In this document: positions 10,669 through 20,184 of the stretch, one piece after another
Position numbering within the stretch: position 1 is the stretch's first letter
Layout of the letters: every line of letters starts with the position of its first letter
NCBI GenBank assembly: GCA_963830175.1
Contig: CAWHKV010000007.1
Coordinates: 173,255-237,254 of the forward strand
Direction of reading: 5' to 3'
Source: an uncultured Bacteroidota bacterium
Lineage (GTDB): Bacteria; Bacteroidota; Bacteroidia; Chitinophagales; Chitinophagaceae
DNA length: 64,000 bases
Made by a program: the position numbers and the translations under genes
The notes under the pieces: generated by a model
Databases searched by the model: none
Seen by the model: only the letters and a program-made list of their open reading frames with translations
Told to the model about the DNA's origin: nothing

Positions 10669-11478
10669 ATGAAAAAAGTTATAACGATAATCTTTATATC
10701 ACTTTTATGGGCTTGCAATAATACACCTGATGAAACAACTGCTAGTGTATCTGATGTTCCGCCCCCTGCCTCGCTATCATACAATATTGTAAAGGTTTAC
10801 CCACATGATACTTCTTCTTACACCCAAGGTTTAATCTGGCATAACAATATTTTGTATGAAAGTACAGGCAGAGAAGGCTTTAGCAAACTAAAAAAGATAT
10901 CCCTTGATGGTAATGGAGGAAGCGAGGAAGTGAAATTAAGCGATGCTGAATTTGGAGAAGGAATAGCGTTGTTTAACAATAAAATTTTTCAGCTAACCTG
11001 GCGTAATAATGTTGTACATGTTTACGATGCAGCGAATTTTAAAAAGCTAAACGATTTTAAATGGCCGTATGAAGGATGGGGCATTACCAATACAGAAAGT
11101 GAACTTATTATTAGTACAGGCAGCAGTAACCTTTACTTCGTAAACCCTGAAAATTTTTCAATAAATAAAATAGTAGGCGTTACCAACAATTATGGTCCGG
11201 TCTCAAATTTAAATGAGCTTGAGTATATAAATGGATTTGTTTATGCAAACGTGTATGGAAGCAATTACATTTTAAAAATAAATACTGAAACCGGTAAAGT
11301 GGAGGGACAAATGGACCTTAGCGGTTTATTGGAAAAAAGCGGAATGAATTTTAATCCGGCATTTTATGATCTGAATACAGGCAATGTTTTAAATGGAATT
11401 GCATACGATTCAGTAAAAAATAGTTTATATATAACGGGAAAACTATGGCCTGCTTTATTTGAAATAAAACTTCAGTAG
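10669..11478 (+). CDS. glutaminyl-peptide cyclotransferase (beta-propeller type glutamine cyclotransferase)
   Basis: 269 aa with lipoprotein signal LLWAC. The YPHDTSSYTQGL...ESTG...FGEGIAL...LTWRNN pattern is typical of bacterial/plant-type QC. Confidence 0.8.
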   Translation: MKKVITIIFISLLWACNNTPDETTASVSDVPPPASLSYNIVKVYPHDTSSYTQGLIWHNNILYESTGREGFSKLKKISLDGNGGSEEVKLSDAEFGEGIALFNNKIFQLTWRNNVVHVYDAANFKKLNDFKWPYEGWGITNTESELIISTGSSNLYFVNPENFSINKIVGVTNNYGPVSNLNELEYINGFVYANVYGSNYILKINTETGKVEGQMDLSGLLEKSGMNFNPAFYDLNTGNVLNGIAYDSVKNSLYITGKLWPALFEIKLQ

Positions 11479-11490
11479 AACATACACATT

Positions 11491-11525
11491 AAAAAAAGCC
11501 TCTTTGAAAACAAAGAGGCTTTTTA
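11491..11525. terminator. bidirectional intrinsic terminator between the convergent QC gene and fusA
   Basis: A perfect 10-bp stem agcctctttg/caaagaggct (11497..11506 / 11511..11520) has a 4-nt loop, with an A-run upstream and a T-run downstream. Confidence 0.75.
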
Positions 11526-11540
11526 TTAAAACAGGTATTA

Positions 11541-13691
11541 TTAATCTTCAATCTTTACTTTGCCCTTACTTTTTGCAACAACCTCATCAGCTATTCCTGA
11601 TGGAGCTGGTGCATAGTGACTAAACTCCATTGTAGAAGTTGCACGACCACTAGATAAGGAACGTAATTGTGTTACGTAACCAAACATTTCACTAAGTGGA
11701 ACCTTGGCTTTAATAACCTGGGCATTACCACGGCTATCCATACCTTCCAGTAAGCCACGGCGACGGTTTAAATCACCTGTAACATCACCCATGTATTGAT
11801 CCGGGGTTACAACTTCAACTTTCATAATTGGCTCTAATAAAATGGGCTTAGCCTTTCTTCCTGCTTCGCGGAATCCAGATTTAGCACAAAGCTCAAAGCT
11901 CATAGAATCAGAATCTACAGCATGAAAGCTACCATCGAACACTCTTACTTTCATATTCTCAACAGGGTAACCTGCAAGAACACCGGTAGTCATGGCTGTT
12001 TCAAAGCCTTTCTGTATGGCAGGTACATATTCACGGGGAATAGAACCACCGAATAAATCGTTTTTAAACTGATATTTTTTACCAGGATTTTCTGTTAGCC
12101 ATTCCTGGTATGCGGGTCCTATTTCAAACTGGATATCAGCAAATTTTCCTCTACCACCAGTTTGCTTCTTTAATACTTCGCGGTGATCGATAACTTTTCC
12201 GAAAGCTTCTTTATAAGCAACCTGAGGATTACCCTGGTTAATTTCTACCTTAAATTCACGCTTCATTCTATCAACGATGATCTCAAGATGTAATTCTCCC
12301 ATTCCTGAAAGAATTGTCTGGGCAGTATCTTCATCCGTTTTAACCCTTAAGGTTGGGTCTTCTTCAATCAATTTTGCGATAGCCATTCCCATTTTGTCAA
12401 CATCGGCTTGTGTTTTAGGCTCAATCGCAACAGATATTACCGGCTCTGGAATAAACATGTTTTCCAGAACTATTAAATGCTTTTCATCACAAAGCGTATC
12501 ACCGGTTTTTATTTCTTTAAATCCTACGGCTGCTGCAATATCACCTGCCTCAATAAAATCTACAGGGTTCTGCTTATTTGCAAACATTTTCATAATACGG
12601 CTTATCCTTTCATTCTTACCGCTGCGTACGTTTCTCACGTAGCTACCTGCATCTAACCTGCCTGAATAACACCTGAAAAAGGCAAGCCTTCCTACAAATG
12701 GATCAGTCATAATTTTAAATGCAAGTGCAGAAAACGGTTCTTTTGCATCAGGCTGGCGAGTAATTTCCTCTCCTGAATCGGGATCTATACCTGTAATTGC
12801 CTCAACATCCATTGGAGATGGTAAATAGCGGCAAACGGCATCTAATGCTGTCTGTACACCCTTATTTTTAAACGATGATCCACACATCATAGGAACAATG
12901 CTAAGATCTATCGTTGCTTTTCTAATTGCATTATGAATTTCATCCTCAGAAATAGAAGCAGGATCGTCGAAGAATTTTTGCATTAAATTGTCGTCATATT
13001 CTGCAATGGCTTCAATTAATTGCTCCCTCCACATCATTGCTTCTTCCTGCATATCATCAGGCACGGGAATTTCTTCGAAGGTCATACCTTCAGTCGCCAT
13101 ATCCCATATTACTCCTTTCATTCTCACAAGATCTACCACCCCTTTAAAATCATCTTCAGCTCCTATTGGTAACTGTAATGGGATAGCCTTTGCACCAAGC
13201 ATTTCTTTAACCTGGTTAACTACCATTAAAAAGTCGGCTCCCGCACGATCCATTTTATTTACAAAACCAATTCTAGGAACCCTGTAACGATTAGCCTGGC
13301 GCCAAACAGTTTCACTCTGAGGTTCAACACCATCAACAGCAGAAAACAAAGCAATAAGACCATCTAATACGCGCATACTACGTTCAACTTCCACTGTAAA
13401 GTCCACGTGACCCGGAGTATCGATTATATTGAAATAATATTTTTTAGTATCTTCTGTTGGTTTCCCTTTTACTGTAGGAAAATTCCACTGGCAACTAACT
13501 GCTGCAGAAGTTATAGTAATACCTCTTTCCTTTTCTTGTTCCATCCAGTCAGTTGTAGCAGCACCTTCATGTACTTCACCGATCTTGTGGATCATTCCTG
13601 TATATCTTAATATACGCTCGGTAGTGGTTGTTTTTCCGGCGTCAATATGTGCAGCAATTCCAAAGTTCCTTTGCAATTTTAAGTCAGCCAT
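11541..13691 (-). CDS. fusA: elongation factor G
   Basis: 716 aa. All G motifs are present: [26 protein letters not shown] and GSSFKNKGV, plus the domain IV loop SFHAVDS. Confidence 0.93.
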   Translation of the reverse strand: MADLKLQRNFGIAAHIDAGKTTTTERILRYTGMIHKIGEVHEGAATTDWMEQEKERGITITSAAVSCQWNFPTVKGKPTEDTKKYYFNIIDTPGHVDFTVEVERSMRVLDGLIALFSAVDGVEPQSETVWRQANRYRVPRIGFVNKMDRAGADFLMVVNQVKEMLGAKAIPLQLPIGAEDDFKGVVDLVRMKGVIWDMATEGMTFEEIPVPDDMQEEAMMWREQLIEAIAEYDDNLMQKFFDDPASISEDEIHNAIRKATIDLSIVPMMCGSSFKNKGVQTALDAVCRYLPSPMDVEAITGIDPDSGEEITRQPDAKEPFSALAFKIMTDPFVGRLAFFRCYSGRLDAGSYVRNVRSGKNERISRIMKMFANKQNPVDFIEAGDIAAAVGFKEIKTGDTLCDEKHLIVLENMFIPEPVISVAIEPKTQADVDKMGMAIAKLIEEDPTLRVKTDEDTAQTILSGMGELHLEIIVDRMKREFKVEINQGNPQVAYKEAFGKVIDHREVLKKQTGGRGKFADIQFEIGPAYQEWLTENPGKKYQFKNDLFGGSIPREYVPAIQKGFETAMTTGVLAGYPVENMKVRVFDGSFHAVDSDSMSFELCAKSGFREAGRKAKPILLEPIMKVEVVTPDQYMGDVTGDLNRRRGLLEGMDSRGNAQVIKAKVPLSEMFGYVTQLRSLSSGRATSTMEFSHYAPAPSGIADEVVAKSKGKVKIED

Positions 13692-13840
13692 AATGTGTTT
13701 AATTGATAATTAATTGTTTTACTAGCGAATTTATTTTGATACAGGAATACCTGCTGCTGATTAAAACGCTAATTTTTGAGGCGGCAAAAGTAGGACAAAT
13801 ACCTGAAAATTTGCGTGAATATTCGTTATAATATACAAAA

Positions 13841-13870
13841 TAAAAAACCCCGCCTATAGCGGGGTTTCTA
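13841..13870 (-). terminator. intrinsic terminator downstream of the OmpA-family gene
   Basis: Stem ccccgc/gcgggg (13848..13853 / 13859..13864) with a 5-nt loop. Read on the minus strand it is followed by a T-run. Confidence 0.65.
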
Positions 13871-13886
13871 TTTAAATTATAGAGTA

Positions 13887-15461
13887 TTACTTAGTTTTTT
13901 TGTACTGCGGATGAGGAGCAGGAACTGTATTAGGTCCGCTTTCTGCAGTTGGTTGAAGATCAACTGAATTAGCATCACCATCCATACCGTAACTAAAGAT
14001 CAATCTAGATTCAGAAATACCTTGTTTTTCACTAAGATATTTGATCACTGAATTTACATGATCCCAGCTAAGCTGTTGTGAACGTTTGTCAGATGCGCCA
14101 TAACCAATAACTCTTACATTACAACCGGGGTTAGCATTTAATTGCTGAGCCACACCATTTAAGATAGATTGTGCGCTGCTGCTTAATGAAGCAGTTCCAC
14201 GGCTGAAAGTTACACTAGGTAAGCTGTTGATTGCGCATGAACCCATTCCAACTCTTCCTGCGAAGCAGCTGTCATTTGGACAAGGACAATTACCAACACC
14301 ATCAGCGTTTACAGGGAAACAACTTTGTGGAGTAAGTACTTCTTTATCTCTGCAATCTGGAACACCATCACCATCAGTATCTCTAGTTACACCATGAGAA
14401 TCAACTGGGCAACCTGCGGGGGTATTTGGTTCAAGATCAAATTGATCGGTTATACCATCACCATCAGCATCAGGAAGAACTACCGGAGGCAGTTTCATAT
14501 GCCTTGGAGTTGCAACTTCATTATACAGGTAGTTGTTAGGATTAATCCACCACAATGGTTCAGTATGGGTAGAAGCATTTCCTAAGTTGAAATTCAATTT
14601 CATTAAAGAATAAGCAAGAAAGTCATTTGATTTACCACCTACATAACCATCAAGGTTATCCAAGCCAGTTAATGGTATAATGAATTTTTCTTCTAAAGCA
14701 AAGTTTACACGTGGGCTAAGCTTAAATGCTATTCCACCACCTGTAGAAACACCATGCCATACTTTCCACTCTTTGTTATCATCACCAAACCTTGAGTTCG
14801 GATCTGGTTCAACACTACCAAATGTGAAGGCAGTATTACGTTGGTTATTTAATTGGTTGTTAGGGTCAAACGTCACTAAATGATGCCATTCGTCACCTTC
14901 ATCAGCTCTTCCTAGCAAATGAGTAGCAGCACCAGCATAACCTGCAAATGCATACCAGTTTGTTTTAGGATTACCACGGAAAGAACTAATGGTATTCAGG
15001 GAAGCAACCATTTCCATAGTTAAACTATGTGATTGATCCTGAACGTAAGTTTGATAACCTTTATAACGGGGTACGTTAACAATAGACCCATTATAACCCG
15101 CCCTTAATGAGAATACGTGGCTAATGGCCTTTCTTACAGAAATGCCGCCAGCGATACCACCATTATAAACAGGTTGTTCTTCTTTTGCTGTTTTAGAAAG
15201 AAAAGGCCTGTCACCAACAACTAAACCATGTCCACCTGCCAAACTTAACTCCCACATGCTGCGAGGCTTGGGAGGGTAAGGATTCAAATAATTCTGGAAT
15301 TCATTGTATTGAGCCATATCCTTCGAAGAAACCTTTGAAGAATCATAAACCCAATTAGCGTCTGTGCTAGACGTAGTTGTGGTTGACTGATCTTGTGCAA
15401 ATGAAGCCGTTTGTATTAGCCCACAAAGAGCTATGATCAGTTTGTACTTTTTGCTTACCAT
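13887..15461 (-). CDS. OmpA-family outer membrane protein with thrombospondin type-3-like Ca-binding repeats
   Basis: 524 aa with a signal peptide and an N-terminal beta-barrel-like region. It has the repeats DADGDGITDQFD and DTDGDGVPDCRD, and a C-terminal OmpA-like domain (VRVIGYGASDKRSQQLSWDHVNSVIKYL). Confidence 0.8.
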   Translation of the reverse strand: MVSKKYKLIIALCGLIQTASFAQDQSTTTTSSTDANWVYDSSKVSSKDMAQYNEFQNYLNPYPPKPRSMWELSLAGGHGLVVGDRPFLSKTAKEEQPVYNGGIAGGISVRKAISHVFSLRAGYNGSIVNVPRYKGYQTYVQDQSHSLTMEMVASLNTISSFRGNPKTNWYAFAGYAGAATHLLGRADEGDEWHHLVTFDPNNQLNNQRNTAFTFGSVEPDPNSRFGDDNKEWKVWHGVSTGGGIAFKLSPRVNFALEEKFIIPLTGLDNLDGYVGGKSNDFLAYSLMKLNFNLGNASTHTEPLWWINPNNYLYNEVATPRHMKLPPVVLPDADGDGITDQFDLEPNTPAGCPVDSHGVTRDTDGDGVPDCRDKEVLTPQSCFPVNADGVGNCPCPNDSCFAGRVGMGSCAINSLPSVTFSRGTASLSSSAQSILNGVAQQLNANPGCNVRVIGYGASDKRSQQLSWDHVNSVIKYLSEKQGISESRLIFSYGMDGDANSVDLQPTAESGPNTVPAPHPQYKKTK

Positions 15462-15511
15462 AGGTAAAAAATTTTAAGTGTTTAATGTTTCCTTATAACC
15501 GAAGTTACGTG

Positions 15512-15542
15512 CAAATTTAGGATTAGATTAATAAATACCAAA
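15512..15542 (-). promoter_or_regulatory. candidate Bacteroidota sigma-A promoter for the OmpA-family gene
   Basis: The minus strand reads TTTG (15542..15539), N19, TAAATTTG (15519..15512). This is an exact match to the TTTG/TAnnTTTG consensus, about 50 nt upstream of the ATG at 15461. Confidence 0.5.
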
Positions 15543-15655
15543 TATTTACTATTTATTTTCTTCTGACCCGATTTCTCTTATGACAAATAGAATGCCCAAT
15601 TTATTGCATCCACAGAAAATTTTTTTACACTTATCTTGCACATTCTTGATGCGGA

Positions 15656-16618
15656 ATGGAAAAAGCAATTAAAGTTATCTCGGAAGAACTTGCCAGGTTT
15701 GAGGAGTATTTCAGTGAGGCTGTTAAAAGCCGTACCCCCCTGTTAGACCGAATAATGAGGTATATAGTAAAGCGAAAGGGCAAGCAAATGCGCCCAATGT
15801 TCGTTTTATTGTGTGCAAAAGCCGGGGGTACAATAAATCCCTCCACCTACCGGGCAGCGTCCCTTGTAGAATTACTACATACGGCCACCCTGGTTCATGA
15901 CGATGTCGTAGACGAAGCATTTGAAAGGCGGGGATTTTTCTCTATAAATGCAATCTGGAAAAATAAAATTGCAGTATTGGTAGGTGATTATTTATTGTCT
16001 AAGGGATTGTTATTATCTATTGAGAATAACGACTTTACCGTTCTAAAACTACTTTCTGAGGCAGTACGGCTTATGAGTGAGGGCGAATTGCTGCAGATCG
16101 AAAAATCACGAAACCTGAACCTTACAGAAGATATTTATTATGAAATAATCCTGGGAAAAACCGCCTCTTTATTGGCATCTGCTTGTGCAGCAGGTGCTTC
16201 CACCACTTTTCAAAATGAGGAAATGGTTGAAAAAATGCGACTTTTCGGTTTAAAAACCGGTATGGCCTTTCAAATTAAGGATGACCTATTTGATTATAGT
16301 TTTAAAAAGATAGGGAAACCAACCGGCAACGACATTAAAGAGAAGAAACTAACTTTACCTCTCATTTATACACTGAATAATTGTGACGGCACTACCCGGA
16401 AAAAGATAATTAGTATTGTAAAAAATGAAAACACTCAAAAAGAAAAGGTAAAATGGGTAATGGAAATCGTAAAAACAACAGGTGGTATTGACTACGCCCA
16501 AAAAAAAATGTTTGCTTTCAGGGATGAGGCACTCCATATATTATATGAACTTCCCAAAAATGAAACCCGGGATGCCCTGGAAGACCTTGTACGATACACA
16601 ACAGACCGCGATCATTAA
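15656..16618 (+). CDS. polyprenyl diphosphate synthase (octaprenyl/solanesyl-type)
   Basis: 320 aa with the first DDxxD motif LVHDDVVDEA and the second, FQIKDDLFD. Confidence 0.85.
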   Translation: MEKAIKVISEELARFEEYFSEAVKSRTPLLDRIMRYIVKRKGKQMRPMFVLLCAKAGGTINPSTYRAASLVELLHTATLVHDDVVDEAFERRGFFSINAIWKNKIAVLVGDYLLSKGLLLSIENNDFTVLKLLSEAVRLMSEGELLQIEKSRNLNLTEDIYYEIILGKTASLLASACAAGASTTFQNEEMVEKMRLFGLKTGMAFQIKDDLFDYSFKKIGKPTGNDIKEKKLTLPLIYTLNNCDGTTRKKIISIVKNENTQKEKVKWVMEIVKTTGGIDYAQKKMFAFRDEALHILYELPKNETRDALEDLVRYTTDRDH

Positions 16619-18332
16619 TGGCCAAAAAAGGTGGAAAATATTACCCGCAGACCCTATTAAAGTTAATGCACTTCAGAAAAGCCTTAACATTCATCCGGCT
16701 ATTTGCAAAATATTGGTTCAGCGAAATATTGAGACATTTGAAGAATCAAAAGCCTTCTTTCGTCCGTCTCTATCCATGCTTCACTCCCCCTGGTTAATGA
16801 AAGACATGGAAAAAGCCACCGGAAGAATATTTTCTGCCATAAATAATAATGAACACATTATGGTTTATGGCGATTATGATGTGGATGGAACCACATCGGT
16901 TGCTAGTTTTTACCAGTTTTTAAAAGGTATTTATTCAAATGTAACTTTTTATATACCCCACAGGTACCGGGAAGGTTATGGTGTAAGCCGGGCAGGAATT
17001 GATCACGCCCATGAAAATAATATTTCACTCATCATTTCTCTTGACTGTGGAATAAAATCGGTTGAATTGGTTTCCTATGCAAAACAATTAAACATAGACT
17101 TCATTATTTGTGATCATCATCTTCCTGATAAAGAATTACCAGATGCCATTGCCATATTGAATGCAAAACAAATTGATTGTTCCTACCCATATAAAGAATT
17201 ATGTGGATGTGGGGTTGGATTCAAATTAATGCAGGCTTTGGCTGAGAAATTTGGATTGTCTGATGAATCGTACCTCAAATATCTGGACCTCGTAGCAACA
17301 GCCATAGGTGCAGATATTGTACCTATTACGGGAGAAAATAGAATTCTTGTTTATTTCGGACTTGAAAAAGTGAACAAAAATCCGTGTACGGGAATAAAAG
17401 CCTTGTTGGAACTTGCAGGGTTTAAGAAACAAGTGTGCGTAAATGACCTCGTTTTTATTGTAGCCCCAAGAATAAATGCCGCCGGCAGAATGGATGATGC
17501 ACGCAAAGCAGTAAATCTTTTCATCGAACAAGATGAGAAGGATGCATTGGCATTAGCTGAGTTATTGCACATTGATAATACAGACCGAAAAGAAACAGAT
17601 TCCTTAATTACTGAAGAAGCGCTTGCCCTAATAACAGGCAGCCTTGAACATACAAATAAAAAAACTACAGTTGTTTACCAGCAGCACTGGCACAAGGGTG
17701 TGGTAGGAATTGTGGCATCCCGGCTAATAGAGAATCACCACCGTCCCACCGTAGTCTTAACTAAAAGCGGGGATTATGTTTCTGGTAGCGCGAGGAGTGT
17801 TCCCGGGTTTAATTTATATGAAGCGATCCATGCATGCCGGGAGTGTCTTATAAATTATGGTGGTCACTTTGCGGCAGCTGGCTTAACTATGGAAGAAAAA
17901 AATGTTGAGATTTTTTCTGGGATGTTTGATGCGTATGTTTCCGCCAACATACCACCAGAACTTTTGATTCCTGAAATAGTTATTGATGCTGAAATCAACT
18001 TCGATGCTATTAAAATAAATTTCTACAATATTATAAACCAGATGGAACCCTTTGGTCCGGAAAATATGCGACCCATGTTTATATCAAGAAATGTTATAAA
18101 CACAGGGTTTTCGAAAATCGTGAAGGATAACCACATTCGGTTTGTACTTAGGCAGGGCAATTCAACAATAACCGGCATAGGTTTTAACTTGGCCAAAAAG
18201 TTCGATCAACTAAATATGGGAAAGCCCATAGATGTTGTTTATAACATAGATATTAACGAATGGAATGGGGAATTATCCCTACAACTTAAAGTATGTGATT
18301 TTCGATTAAGTGAAAACCAATTAAGAAGTTGA
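16482..18332 (+). CDS. recJ: single-stranded-DNA-specific exonuclease RecJ (start uncertain)
   Basis: DHH-family motifs VYGDYDVDGTTS, SLDCG and ICDHH, plus DHHA1 GGHFAAAG. The RecJ-like sequence begins near QKRWKILPADP (about 16624). The listed start overlaps the upstream gene by 137 nt. Confidence 0.88.
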   Translation: MVLTTPKKKCLLSGMRHSIYYMNFPKMKPGMPWKTLYDTQQTAIINGQKRWKILPADPIKVNALQKSLNIHPAICKILVQRNIETFEESKAFFRPSLSMLHSPWLMKDMEKATGRIFSAINNNEHIMVYGDYDVDGTTSVASFYQFLKGIYSNVTFYIPHRYREGYGVSRAGIDHAHENNISLIISLDCGIKSVELVSYAKQLNIDFIICDHHLPDKELPDAIAILNAKQIDCSYPYKELCGCGVGFKLMQALAEKFGLSDESYLKYLDLVATAIGADIVPITGENRILVYFGLEKVNKNPCTGIKALLELAGFKKQVCVNDLVFIVAPRINAAGRMDDARKAVNLFIEQDEKDALALAELLHIDNTDRKETDSLITEEALALITGSLEHTNKKTTVVYQQHWHKGVVGIVASRLIENHHRPTVVLTKSGDYVSGSARSVPGFNLYEAIHACRECLINYGGHFAAAGLTMEEKNVEIFSGMFDAYVSANIPPELLIPEIVIDAEINFDAIKINFYNIINQMEPFGPENMRPMFISRNVINTGFSKIVKDNHIRFVLRQGNSTITGIGFNLAKKFDQLNMGKPIDVVYNIDINEWNGELSLQLKVCDFRLSENQLRS

Positions 18333-19724
18333 TATCATTCTGTAGACCTCTTCTACCCTGCTAACAGCTACCACATTTATATTAAACTGATTTGCACCAA
18401 AACCTTTTTTATTAAAGCTGCTAACAACAATCTTTTCAAAACCCAGTTTTTCTGCTTCTGCTATTCTTTGTTCTATACGATTAACAGCTCTAATTTCTCC
18501 ATTAAGACCAACCTCTCCTGCAAAGCAAATATTATTGGGCAGGGGTTCATCTTCATACGAAGAAAGTAACGCGCAAATTACAGCCAGGTCAATGGATGGA
18601 TCTTCCACTTTAATTCCTCCCGCTATATTCACAAAAACATCTTTTACACCAAAATGAAATCCACCCCTTTTTTCCAGCACAGCTAATAATAATTGCAGCC
18701 TTCGTAAATCAAGACCGGTAACAGTTCTTTGCGGAGTTCCATAAACACTTTGTGTAACCAGTGCCTGTACTTCTATTAATAATGGTCTCAGCCCTTCCAT
18801 ACTTGCGGCAATAGCACTACCACTTAATTGTTCATCTTTTTGGTGAATTAAAATTTCGGAAGGGTTTAGTACAGGGCGCATGCCTTCACTATTCATTTCA
18901 TAAATGCCAAGTTCTGAAGTGCTCCCAAAACGGTTTTTTAAAGTTCGCAAAATGCGATAGGTATAATGGCGGTCACCCTCAAACTGAAGAACAGTATCTA
19001 CCATATGTTCAAGCAATTTTGGACCTGCAATAGAGCCATCTTTGGTTATATGCCCAATTAGAAATACTGGGGTATTTGTTTCTTTTGCAAAACGTTGCAA
19101 TTCTGCGGCTGATTCTCTTATTTGCGTTATACTACCTGCAGTAGAATCAATATTTGATGACTGAAGCGTTTGAATGGAATCTATAATTACCAGTTCTGGA
19201 CGTAATTTTTTAATCTCCTGAAAAATTACCTGAACGTTGGTTTCGGTTAACAGGAAAAAATTGCTGCTGCCTGCAGCACCACCAGGTGTATTTTTTAAAA
19301 TTCTTTCTGCTCTTAATTTTATTTGCTGCTCGCTTTCCTCACCACTTATATAAAGTACAACCCTGTCTTTTAACCACAATGCATCCTGCAAAAGCAAAGT
19401 GCTCTTTCCAATGCCCGGTTCACCGGCAACCAAAACAATACTACCCTTTACAATTCCGCCTCCCAACACGCGGTTCAATTCAGAATCTGCTGTGAGAATT
19501 CTTTCTTCCTCAGAAGTTTCTATATCGCTTATAGCTTTCGTGCGAAGCTGCTTTTTTTCGCCGGAGTAATTTGTCCAGCTGCTTTTATCGCCCGCACCAA
19601 TACCTTTATCAACCACTTCTTCAACAAAAGTGTTCCATTGATTACAAGATGCACATTTACCAAGCCACTTGGCACTTTCGTAACCACAATTACTGCAGAA
19701 AAAGGCAGTTTTTGTTTTAGGCAT
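18321..19724 (-). CDS. radA: DNA repair protein RadA/Sms
   Basis: N-terminal zinc finger CSNCGYESAKWLGKCASCNQWNTF, Walker A GEPGIGKST, the KNRFG motif and a Lon-protease-like C-terminal domain. Confidence 0.93.
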   Translation of the reverse strand: MPKTKTAFFCSNCGYESAKWLGKCASCNQWNTFVEEVVDKGIGAGDKSSWTNYSGEKKQLRTKAISDIETSEEERILTADSELNRVLGGGIVKGSIVLVAGEPGIGKSTLLLQDALWLKDRVVLYISGEESEQQIKLRAERILKNTPGGAAGSSNFFLLTETNVQVIFQEIKKLRPELVIIDSIQTLQSSNIDSTAGSITQIRESAAELQRFAKETNTPVFLIGHITKDGSIAGPKLLEHMVDTVLQFEGDRHYTYRILRTLKNRFGSTSELGIYEMNSEGMRPVLNPSEILIHQKDEQLSGSAIAASMEGLRPLLIEVQALVTQSVYGTPQRTVTGLDLRRLQLLLAVLEKRGGFHFGVKDVFVNIAGGIKVEDPSIDLAVICALLSSYEDEPLPNNICFAGEVGLNGEIRAVNRIEQRIAEAEKLGFEKIVVSSFNKKGFGANQFNINVVAVSRVEEVYRMISTS

Positions 19725-19806
19725 TTTTAAGTTTTTAAGCTATTACTTTCAATAATCGTTTCTAAAAATGTCAGCTATTTTAATCAAATTCTTATTATTC
19801 CAGGGC

Positions 19807-19837
19807 AAAAAAAAGGGCCGGTTTGGCTAACCGACCC
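19807..19837 (-). terminator. candidate intrinsic terminator (minus strand) about 350 nt downstream of the RNase E/G gene
   Basis: Stem gggccggtt/aaccgaccc (8 of 9 bp) with a 5-nt loop. On the minus strand it is followed by T8 (A-run 19807..19814 on plus). Confidence 0.5.
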
Positions 19838-20184
19838 TTACTTACTAACCCATTAAATTCCGCCACTAAATTACAATATTGGGTTACATTTCAAAATTAT
19901 TTTTTGAAGTTGTTGAAAACTTTTGTGGTGAAAAACCATAGATTTTTCCGGAAATAATAGAGCCAAATTGTCAGCTAGGATTAGTTAAGGATTCCAGACT
20001 CAGAAGATAATTCGACAATATTAAAATTTAATTTAATGTGTATTTTAATTAAAATAATAATTAAATATCTCAATCAATTAATAGAGAGCAGGTTATTAAT
20101 ATATATCGGTGGAGATTAATTTATGACAGAATTTCGCATTATGGGAAGGATTATGTCGAAAATTTTCCTTCTAAAATGAAGTTT

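Noticed and set aside
12277-13610. ORFs 12277..12642, 12988..13287 and 13407..13610 on the plus strand.
   Set aside because: They are antisense shadows within fusA. Their Ser/Ile-rich composition is typical of the reverse frame of a highly expressed gene.
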